In this document: one piece after another, positions 29,348-37,497 of the stretch
Layout of the letters: the number at the start of each line of letters is the position of its first letter
Position numbering within the stretch: the first letter of the stretch is position 1
Assembly (NCBI GenBank): GCA_016931155.1
Contig: JAFGFJ010000006.1
Coordinates: 220,389-284,388, forward strand
Direction: 5' to 3'
DNA length: 64,000 nucleotides
Origin: Candidatus Dojkabacteria bacterium
Lineage (GTDB): Bacteria > Patescibacteriota > Dojkabacteria > B142 > JAFGFJ01
Position numbers and translations under genes: made by a program
Notes under the pieces: model-generated
Seen by the model: only the letters and a program-made list of their open reading frames with translations
Databases searched by the model: none
Told to the model about the DNA's origin: nothing

Positions 29348-29437
29348 TTAAGCCTAAATTTCCCTTTAGTTGTAGCAGAAGCTTTTCAATTTTACTGAGA
29401 ATTGATAATCTACTGATGAATATGTCGATCAAACAGA

Positions 29438-30598
29438 ATGAATGAAACTGAATCAGGTATAAAAATAAGTACGGCTGATTTCAGACTACTCCAACCCTAT
29501 TCAGACTATTTAACGAAAGCTGTGAGTCCTTTGTGGGGAGAAGTTTCTTCATCTAAACCTGGAGATTCGCTTTTCGAACTTGGGCGGATCGCGTTATCCA
29601 ATAAGGCTTTAGTCGAAGATATCCATGTTTCTCACTTGAGAGATACAATTATAGAGAATGAAGTCAATCCATACCTGGTCAAGTTAGTCTCCAATTTTGA
29701 CAAGTACAGTGAATTGATAGACAAGATCCAGAGAAAAAAAACTGACTTAACTTGGGATGATGAGCGACTTCATGAGGATGGATTACCTGAGAATCTTTTT
29801 GAAGAACACAGGGCATATCAGAAGGAACTGTATCATCCAACACCAGTATGCTTACGAGATTTACATATAGAGAGTTTGGACATTCTGTGTGAATATGAGG
29901 TTAATCCCAAATTAAGAAAATTTATCAATAAAATTGGTGGGATTGCTCTGTTCGAAGAACTAATTGCTCTTGCAACTAAGCAAGACTCTGTGGACTTGGA
30001 TAGAGTAGTCCCCTTTACTGACCTCGCCTACCAAGGACTAAATAAATGGTCAGTCCTATTAGAGCCTGTTTCGCCACCTCTTTTTTGTTTGCTCAGTAAA
30101 GATAATAGATTACTTCTGAAAGAACAGAATCCCAAGTTGCTAGAAATTCTTGAAAGATTTTTTCTACTAGAATTTGGACCTCATAATTCATCAGTGTATG
30201 TTGTTCCTTCGGTCGAAAATCCAACAGGATCTTTGTCAAGGGAGTACGAATTAGATTTATTATATTTAGAGCAACATAAAATGAAAGAAGAGGAATATAT
30301 TAACCTTCTTGGTGAATTATGTATGAGTTTTCATAAAGTTAAAGAAGGGACGCGAAGTTACACCTTTAAGGGAGTAGAATTTAGAAAATTGTCTATTTCT
30401 CATTATGATGAGAGATCCCCATTCACTGGGGAAATACCAGAACAGGAAGATTTTGATTTGGTTCTATACAAGGGAGGGAAAGAGGTTGGGGTAATTCCGA
30501 GTTGCTGGAAATACTTTGCGAGTGAGGGTATTTATGAGTCACCTGGTGCAAGATTCTCTTTTAGCCCTAGAAAGATTCTCCCCTTATTTGCTAAATGA
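29438..30598 (+). CDS. Hypothetical protein (single-gene cassette)
   Basis: 386-aa ORF between sites 2 and 3; no family recognised. Confidence 0.7.
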   Translation: MNETESGIKISTADFRLLQPYSDYLTKAVSPLWGEVSSSKPGDSLFELGRIALSNKALVEDIHVSHLRDTIIENEVNPYLVKLVSNFDKYSELIDKIQRKKTDLTWDDERLHEDGLPENLFEEHRAYQKELYHPTPVCLRDLHIESLDILCEYEVNPKLRKFINKIGGIALFEELIALATKQDSVDLDRVVPFTDLAYQGLNKWSVLLEPVSPPLFCLLSKDNRLLLKEQNPKLLEILERFFLLEFGPHNSSVYVVPSVENPTGSLSREYELDLLYLEQHKMKEEEYINLLGELCMSFHKVKEGTRSYTFKGVEFRKLSISHYDERSPFTGEIPEQEDFDLVLYKGGKEVGVIPSCWKYFASEGIYESPGARFSFSPRKILPLFAK

Positions 30599-30613
30599 GA
30601 AGTTCAAGGGAAA

Positions 30614-30644
30614 TAGTTCCAAAATTTCTCCCACCAGCCACCCC
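30614..30644 (+). repeat. att-like site 3
   Basis: tagTTCCAAAATTTC-TCCCACCAGCCACCCC; 16 bp identical to tRNA-His 18421-18436. Confidence 0.9.
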
Positions 30645-30684
30645 GCAAAATTTCTAGGTCCATTATCAATAAAGGCCTTCTTGT

Positions 30685-31611
30685 TCATTTTGTTATTTGC
30701 TTCGAGTTCTGTAACATACTTTTTACTTTAGCGAGAGCAGAAGAATCGGATTTGCATTTGATAAGGTAACTATATGCTGAAAACAAATGAAAAATGTAAT
30801 ATCCTCGCACTTTTTCCATTGTTACTGGTACATTCATAATTTTTTCATATTGTTTAACAAAAGTGATGAAGTTCTCAGAAATGTCATAGAAATTAAACCA
30901 ATACATGATTATCCCCAGTTCTGCATGATTGTCTCCAATACGATGACTTTCAAAATCCAGTACAGCAGTTACATTAGTGTCCTTTACCAATATATTCTGA
31001 GGATTGTAATCCCAATGCAACGGGCATAACATCGGAAGTGAATTTGAGATTAAGCCAACTAATTCTTGAATTTTACTGTCAAAATATTTATGTGCATTTG
31101 AATCTATAATGCCCTGTCTTGTGAGTAACATTAGGTCTGGGCGCCATTTTTTTACTGCAGATATCCAGTCTGAATTGTTGTTGCATGGAGCATTCTCATT
31201 TTGCCATATCTCTTTGTTGGGTAGTTTGTGAAGTCCAGCAAGATTTCCAGCAATACTGTGAAGTAATTTCTTAGAGACAGTCTTATCAATTATTCTATAA
31301 TAGAAGGTCTCTCCTTCCAGGTACTCCTGGATTAACAAACTAAACTCAGTAGTAAAACAGAAATCAAGGAATAATGTTTTGGGAACAGGATACTTATATC
31401 GAATGAGCAAATCATCAATGTCGGTTGATCTTTTAATTCTCTCCTTGTAACTGATGGGAAAGATTTTACAGATGTACTTTTTGCCAGTACTTAATGCTGC
31501 AACTTTAAATACTTGACTTTTTGAGAGACCAGTATCGAATTTGTTTATTGAAAGGGGAGGCGAGGGGCTCTTCAAAAACTTACTAAAACCTTCAGTAATG
31601 ATATCTTCCAT
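30685..31611 (-). CDS. Aminoglycoside phosphotransferase/choline kinase-like protein
   Basis: PVPK, LHWDYNPQNIL, VLDFE kinase motifs. Confidence 0.82.
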   Translation of the reverse strand: MEDIITEGFSKFLKSPSPPLSINKFDTGLSKSQVFKVAALSTGKKYICKIFPISYKERIKRSTDIDDLLIRYKYPVPKTLFLDFCFTTEFSLLIQEYLEGETFYYRIIDKTVSKKLLHSIAGNLAGLHKLPNKEIWQNENAPCNNNSDWISAVKKWRPDLMLLTRQGIIDSNAHKYFDSKIQELVGLISNSLPMLCPLHWDYNPQNILVKDTNVTAVLDFESHRIGDNHAELGIIMYWFNFYDISENFITFVKQYEKIMNVPVTMEKVRGYYIFHLFSAYSYLIKCKSDSSALAKVKSMLQNSKQITK

Positions 31612-31650
31612 AAACTATTATAGCGAATATTCTGTAGAGGAATGCAGGAT

Positions 31651-31673
31651 TAGTTCCAAAACTCTTTCAAGGA
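31651..31673 (+). repeat. att-like site 4 (left arm only; core degenerate)
   Basis: tagTTCCAAAAcTcttt-caagga; minus strand reads KEFWN*. Confidence 0.55.
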
Positions 31674-31764
31674 GGGCTAAGGTTTATGAGAGTGGCAAGA
31701 TGACCCTAAAGTTCCGCAAACTTCACGAAATTCGTTCATAACACCTGTACCAAATTTGGGGGTC

Positions 31765-31792
31765 TTGACATACTTAAAGCCGAGGCTATAAA
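31765..31792 (+). promoter_or_regulatory. Putative sigma70 promoter
   Basis: TTGACA-16 bp-TATAAA. Confidence 0.4.
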
Positions 31793-31943
31793 AAGCAATA
31801 CAAAACGTATATAATCAAATTATCAAAAGGGACTGCTTGATTGTTTTACCGACAAAACCTGATCATTACTGTCACAAAGTACCTAGACAAAATTTGTACC
31901 GAAAAACTGTGATTGATCCCTAGCTAACTCTTTAAAATGCTTT

Positions 31944-32519
31944 ATGGGTAAATATATTATTCCATTCTACTTCTTTTTCCTATTTATAACCGGAATACTC
32001 GTTGGTCCACAGATGGTCTTTTTGTTGGTCGGCTGGGTCGGTATATTTGCTTTCATTAAAATTAAAGGTTTTGATAGTGGTCTTCCTTCCAGATATGAAA
32101 AAGTATTTACTGCCACCGCATTGCTCTATCCACTTATAGAAACAGCAATAAAATTTGTAATTGAAAGGGATTTGATTCCTTATTCATGGATCTGGCTTAA
32201 TAGGATCGAACATTTTGGTTTCAGTGCTTTTCTTGTAATACTTATCTTTCCTGTTATTAGACGATTCTATATAAAGCTGGACTTGATCGGTCAGATAGTA
32301 TTTGTAGTTGGAATTATTGTGTTTCTTGGAAATATTAATGAATTTGTTGAATACCTGGTACGTTTAATGCTTAATCTTCGCTCAAAATTTGGACATTACT
32401 ATGAAGATACTATTATTGACTTGTTTGTAAATATGTTGGGAGCATTTGCGGGTTTTGGCCTGTTAAAACTTGTACTCGATAAAAAGAGAAAGAATAAGGA
32501 GAGAAATAATCTAAGATAA
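31944..32519 (+). CDS. Membrane protein (DUF2238/VanZ-like)
   Basis: About 5 TM segments; RIEHF, NEFVEY, DTIIDL..N..G. Confidence 0.65.
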   Translation: MGKYIIPFYFFFLFITGILVGPQMVFLLVGWVGIFAFIKIKGFDSGLPSRYEKVFTATALLYPLIETAIKFVIERDLIPYSWIWLNRIEHFGFSAFLVILIFPVIRRFYIKLDLIGQIVFVVGIIVFLGNINEFVEYLVRLMLNLRSKFGHYYEDTIIDLFVNMLGAFAGFGLLKLVLDKKRKNKERNNLR

Positions 32520-32609
32520 TTTCTTTTAGAAGACCTATCAATTTAGGAGCATTTTTAAATGCGTAGTGGCGTGTGAGTTATTTTTGTCGTAATGCACTTT
32601 ATATTATTT

Positions 32610-32642
32610 TTTGAAGTAGCTTTGAAGTAGCTTTGAAGTAGC
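32610..32642. repeat. 3 x 11-bp tandem repeat TTTGAAGTAGC
   Basis: Exact copies at 32610, 32621, 32632. Confidence 0.9.
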
Positions 32643-32754
32643 AAGTTATTCCATCAATAGAATATATCTTTAATGAAAGAAGGTGAGGAAACGCTTTTAC
32701 TATAAAAGTGTTTAAAGCTTGAATGTTTAGAGGTAGTGGGGGGAATGTATTGAT

Positions 32755-33948
32755 ATGGCAGTGTTTTGTATTATAATCACTCATACAATTCCAATTATAA
32801 TGCCATCGGAAGTTGATAGACAAAATAATACTGATGAAATAAGTGAATTCATGAATCAACGGGCGGGGGAGTTTTCTCATTTAGGTTCAGATCATACAAG
32901 AGAAGGATATATTCGCTTATCAGAAGATATGTTTATTGGTATATGTAGGTTATGTCCTGATTCACCAAAAATTCCTCCTGGAACTCTTCGTTATTTAGGG
33001 CAGGATTTAGGTAACAGCTGCTTAAGCAGTATTACCCATAGTGAAGAATTTTAGGCTAATAAACCTGAAAGCTATGATAGGATTGATATTTCTTATGTGA
33101 GGAATGGAAATGGCTATTACTTTTTTTATAGGGGAGCTTTTCATGATGCTTATGACAGATATATTGAAGCTCAAGTGGTAACAATGGATACTTCTTCACC
33201 AATTACTCAGGAGGAGATGTTACATGCAGGAGAAGAAATTCTCAGAGAAAACGTATTGGATCTGGAGACAGTTGAGCCACATTTGGATAGAGCAGCAATA
33301 CTGGCAGTACACAGCTCGATAGTTTTAGATTCGATTTTGACGATGGCTGCAGTTGAAATGGGTGAGGAAGAATATTTGTATTGGCATGATAGAGCAAAAG
33401 AACAAACGGTGAAAGATGCTTTGGAGATAAGTGCAAAGAAAAGGGAGTCGCTTACTTTAATGGGGAAAAAGGTAAATGAAAGATTTATTTATCCATTTAT
33501 CACCAGAGAATACTTAGAAATTATATTGAATAACTTTCAAGAAATGTACATTGATTTAATGTTTTGCGGGAATATGAATCGAGAGAAGACAAGAGTTAGC
33601 GAGGATATGGCAAGTATGCTTGAGCTCGTATTGCTATCTTATGGTGAAGAACATAGAGGATTGCTACAGCAACTATTACATATTGAAGATGAGGTCAATG
33701 GGAAAATTGTTAATGTTGCGGATCAAGCAATAGAATTTGGCAAAAGATTGCTTCAATATGCCAAGGGAACCGCCCTTGAGGTAGCCATAGTAAGGCATCA
33801 TAAGCCTTTAACTAGACCACTAAAAGAACTTAGCTTAGACTACAAGATAGGGGACTTATGTGCAGTATCAGATATTGACAAGTTATCCAATTTGGGACTG
33901 CCTGCAATGTTAACCTTGAGAGATCTTAAAAGAATAGGTTCTTTATAA
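32755..33948 (+). pseudogene. Hypothetical gene apparently split by one in-frame TAG (33052-33054)
   Basis: ORFs 32755-33054 and 33097-33948 share a frame and the 14 intervening codons are open. Confidence 0.55.
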
Positions 33949-33957
33949 TTTCTTTTT

Positions 33958-35544
33958 ATGGTGAGTTCTATTTTGAAGGAAAAAGTAAGAATGATACTTA
34001 AGAACAAAATGCTTCTTATCTTAATCATATCTGCCCTGGTTTTAATTCCCCTTGTGACGGCAATCTCTGTTTATGCAATTTATAAGAATAATGAACGGAA
34101 ACAAAATAAAGAGAAGATTGAACAACAGGTATCACAAAATGAAACAACAAATGAGGAAGTAGAAGTGTTTACAGTACCTACTCCTCCCGGCATATGCGAA
34201 TTAGCAGTTAATAAGCTCTCAACAACAGTATCCCAAAAAATTGATGATAAAAGTAGAAAAGTATCAGTTGATTATTCATTTAAACAGGATGAGGAAGTCG
34301 ATTGTTTAGATCCAATAAAGGCCATGATAGATTCACTTACCTCCTTCAAGTATGATAACGGCTCTGAAGTGAATTTCCCGGGACCGGAAATAACGAAAGA
34401 TAAGATAATATTTGACCTATCAGAAGTGAAAAAACTTGGTAAAGGCAAGCTTTATTGGTTAGTTCAGTATGATGACAATTCGAATTCAATCGAAATTGGA
34501 AGCGTGGAAATTTTGGGTGCTGAGATCAGACAACCAACTACTACACCGACACCAACAACTGCACCATCATTAACAAAGGTGAAATACGAAGTTAAGGTTT
34601 TGTCGCTTTCATATTTCCCGATAAAGGAGGGGAAACTTGATACTACTATCTTGAATAATTCCTGGGGTGAGTACAATATGACGCTAGCACAAGTAAGACA
34701 AAAAGTTAGTGCAACTCAAAGCGAACTTATTTCTACTTTGGAAGAGGGCAGTAGATATAGGGCATATAAAGATGTTTCTGCTCCAATTGTAGTGGACTAC
34801 AATATACATAGTGCCAAAGAATATCTTGCCGCTGTACCTATTTCTACAAAGCCTAATCCATGGGATGGAAGTGTGTACATGACTGACTACAGGAAAATTC
34901 TTGAGGATCACGGGATATGCAACCTTGTTGAAAATCAGGGGGTTAAAGAGGTGTGGCTTTGGAGTTATACAGGTATTGGAAAATCCGGATGGGAATCCAA
35001 CTTTGCAGGGAAGAATGGCAGAGATATAAGTAATAGTGACAGAGATCCAGGTGATATGCCTATATGTGGGAAGAGCTACACAGTATACGAGTATAATTAC
35101 GGACGTGGTACCTCAGAAGCAACCGAAGATCACATGCATCAGTTTGAAGCAATATTTAATTTCGTAGATAGTAACCTGTTTTGGAATAAATTTGTGGGGT
35201 ATCACCCTTCAAATGGATCATATTCAGGGGATTCCAATAGAAGATGTGGATGGGCTCATTATCCGCCAAATGGAAGGCATGATTACGATTGGACTAATCA
35301 GAATTATGTTCAAAGCGATTGTATGGACTGGAATCCGGACTCTTTAGGTAAAACAACAACAATGAATTGCTCCAGGTGGAATTGTGATAGCAGAAGATTT
35401 TTCATATTCTGGATGCAAAGCCTGCCGGGTTATGGAAATACTATTACTTACCAGGGCAAGCAATTTAAGAATTGGTGGGGCTTCATTGCAGATTTTGATA
35501 ATGAAATGAATAAAGGACAAAGCCTAACGTTCCAGCAGAATTAA
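33958..35544 (+). CDS. Membrane-anchored exported protein with Trp/Cys-rich C-terminal domain
   Basis: N-terminal TM, PT linker, EDHMHQFE and CGWAHYPPN motifs. Confidence 0.75.
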   Translation: MVSSILKEKVRMILKNKMLLILIISALVLIPLVTAISVYAIYKNNERKQNKEKIEQQVSQNETTNEEVEVFTVPTPPGICELAVNKLSTTVSQKIDDKSRKVSVDYSFKQDEEVDCLDPIKAMIDSLTSFKYDNGSEVNFPGPEITKDKIIFDLSEVKKLGKGKLYWLVQYDDNSNSIEIGSVEILGAEIRQPTTTPTPTTAPSLTKVKYEVKVLSLSYFPIKEGKLDTTILNNSWGEYNMTLAQVRQKVSATQSELISTLEEGSRYRAYKDVSAPIVVDYNIHSAKEYLAAVPISTKPNPWDGSVYMTDYRKILEDHGICNLVENQGVKEVWLWSYTGIGKSGWESNFAGKNGRDISNSDRDPGDMPICGKSYTVYEYNYGRGTSEATEDHMHQFEAIFNFVDSNLFWNKFVGYHPSNGSYSGDSNRRCGWAHYPPNGRHDYDWTNQNYVQSDCMDWNPDSLGKTTTMNCSRWNCDSRRFFIFWMQSLPGYGNTITYQGKQFKNWWGFIADFDNEMNKGQSLTFQQN

Positions 35545-35563
35545 TAGGTTTGTGTACAAATTT

Positions 35564-35610
35564 GTATAATCGATCTTGACTCTTCGGGCCTTGCCCCTAG
35601 AGTCTGAGTA
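35564..35610 (+). promoter_or_regulatory. 47-bp TATAAT + hairpin element (copy 2)
   Basis: gTATAATcgatctt-GACTCTtcGGGC-ctt-GCCCctAGAGTC. Confidence 0.6.
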
Positions 35611-35619
35611 AATATTGAT

Positions 35620-35646
35620 TTCCAAAATTCTTCCCACCATCCGCCC
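35620..35646 (+). repeat. att-like site 5
   Basis: TTCCAAAATTCTTC-CCACCAtCCgCCC. Confidence 0.8.
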
Positions 35647-35752
35647 GATTTATAATAGCTTCCAGTTGGGATGTTGAGTGAAATATTTTGATTATTAATC
35701 TTTCCATTATTTTATCTTATTGCTAAGCTTTGGCAGAAATTATTACTGAATT

Positions 35753-36199
35753 ATGAGCGACAAAAGAAATAGTCCTATGGACATTGTAAACGAGCTAGAA
35801 CGTTTGTATGGAACAAAAGAACACCCCAAAGTATCAGCTGTAGAAAATGTTCGAGAGTTAATGAATAGTGGAGTGGAGGCATTGACGATTGAAGGTCTGG
35901 ATAAGGAAAAGTATCTTGTTCCTGAGGCAGTTGGTGGAGATGAAAGACTTATAGATCCGAATTTTGAAATTACTCAAGATCTTTTTAAACAAAGAGTAAG
36001 GGAAGCTTGCCATGAAGTATATCCTGGCTATCCGCCTCTTGATGCAAGGTTGAAATTATCAAAGAAGGATGCGCACGACTTATCTGAAAGGGCAAAGACA
36101 GGAGAATTATCTATTCAAGCTATTCATAATGGAACAAATGCATGCTATGAACACCCAAATAGAGACTCAGGTAATGTTTATTTTGAATTTGAAATGTAA
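35753..36199 (+). CDS. Hypothetical protein
   Basis: 148-aa ORF. Confidence 0.65.
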   Translation: MSDKRNSPMDIVNELERLYGTKEHPKVSAVENVRELMNSGVEALTIEGLDKEKYLVPEAVGGDERLIDPNFEITQDLFKQRVREACHEVYPGYPPLDARLKLSKKDAHDLSERAKTGELSIQAIHNGTNACYEHPNRDSGNVYFEFEM

Positions 36200-36277
36200 C
36201 AGATCCTTTTCCAGATGTGAGAAAATTTCATAAACCTCCCAATCAATATGACTTTTTGTGTCCCTAAAGAATATTTA

Positions 36278-37228
36278 CTAGAACTTTTTAATCAGCAGGA
36301 TTACTTCAGATATAATCCACAGAACATAAATACCAAGAAGAAAAAAACCTTCTTTTCTTGTTATTTCTCTTCCGGAAAAAGCTATCAGGGCAAATACAAT
36401 CAGGGTCAAAGCTAAAACCGCCATTGCCGGAACAAGAACTTGAAAATATTCAATCTTGTGAGGACTCAAAAGTGAAAGCAATCCAAGTGTTGGGACATTG
36501 ATCATCGCGCTCCCTATGAAATTTCCGACGGCAAGTTTTTCTTTTTCCAGGGTATTACTTCTAATAAGTAGTGTCAGTTCGGGGATGTTTGTTCCAATAC
36601 CAAGCATTAATAAGCCAATAACTGCATTAGGTATTCCAAAGAAAAGGGCGATGCCTACAGTTTTTTCTACAAGAAGATGCGAAGAAATAATTAGTCCTGC
36701 AAGACCAAGCAAACCTCCGGCATAAAGCTTCCAGTTCTGCTTTTTTCTGTATTTCTTTGTTTTGTGATGAGAGACAACATTTTTTACAATAAATAGTATG
36801 AGCAAAATGTAGCTGGTTATCAGAATCAATCCATCAGTAGGCACGAGTTCTCCATCTGCAGTGAGAATAACCATCAAACCAATAAGAATAAGTGATAGTA
36901 GAAGAAAAGAAAAAGAATAGCTTCCTTTAAAGGGAATACTTTTATGCTTTATTGCATTCAATCCTATTATCAAACTTAGGATTACAATTGTTGCACCAAA
37001 GAGGTTGCCTATCGAAATACCCGGTACACCCTCAAGAGAAGAGTTTACTGCCACTGACATTTCAGGCAATGAAGAAGCGATTGCCAAAACTAAAAATCCG
37101 ATCAGGAAAGGACTCAGTCTTGCTTTTTGTGCGATTTGTACAAAGGTGTCTTCCAATAGATCTGCTGATTTTATCAGCAGGTAAAGAAGACCAAAAGACA
37201 ATAATATATCAAGTGCAATTCTTTCCAT
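36278..37228 (-). CDS. Sodium/calcium exchanger family (YrbG-like)
   Basis: Two alpha repeats: ASSLPE...GNLFGA and GTNIPE...GNFIGS. Confidence 0.9.
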   Translation of the reverse strand: MERIALDILLSFGLLYLLIKSADLLEDTFVQIAQKARLSPFLIGFLVLAIASSLPEMSVAVNSSLEGVPGISIGNLFGATIVILSLIIGLNAIKHKSIPFKGSYSFSFLLLSLILIGLMVILTADGELVPTDGLILITSYILLILFIVKNVVSHHKTKKYRKKQNWKLYAGGLLGLAGLIISSHLLVEKTVGIALFFGIPNAVIGLLMLGIGTNIPELTLLIRSNTLEKEKLAVGNFIGSAMINVPTLGLLSLLSPHKIEYFQVLVPAMAVLALTLIVFALIAFSGREITRKEGFFLLGIYVLWIISEVILLIKKF

Positions 37229-37497
37229 CGCTCATTATAACAACAAATACAGAATTGAGAGAAGGGGAATTACTCAACTTCTCTTGGAATAAGTAGAGTT
37301 GGAAGAATAATTGTTCTAGATAACGTTTACTAAATCGTATCTAAACAGGTTCTTAAGAAATTCTTTCAGTTATATACCAACTAATTCTCAGTAAATGAGT
37401 GAACAATTTGTAAAGAAATACCGTAATATCTATACTGTTAGCATAATTGTTTCCAGGTGTCTTATAACTTAAAAGAAAAAATGAGTAATAATTTGAG

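Noticed and set aside
31747-31763. gtaccaaatttgggggt as an extra att half-site
   Set aside because: Resembles the site 1 arm but is one A short and has no core; cannot be told apart from chance in AT-rich DNA.
32963-32980. caccaaaaattcctcctg as a sixth att site
   Set aside because: Lies inside a reading frame, has the wrong A-run length and lacks the CCACCA core.
27211-35646. Classical integron attC array
   Set aside because: No tyrosine IntI, and the sites lack attC R/L-box hairpin structure. They are tRNA-derived direct repeats tied to a serine recombinase.
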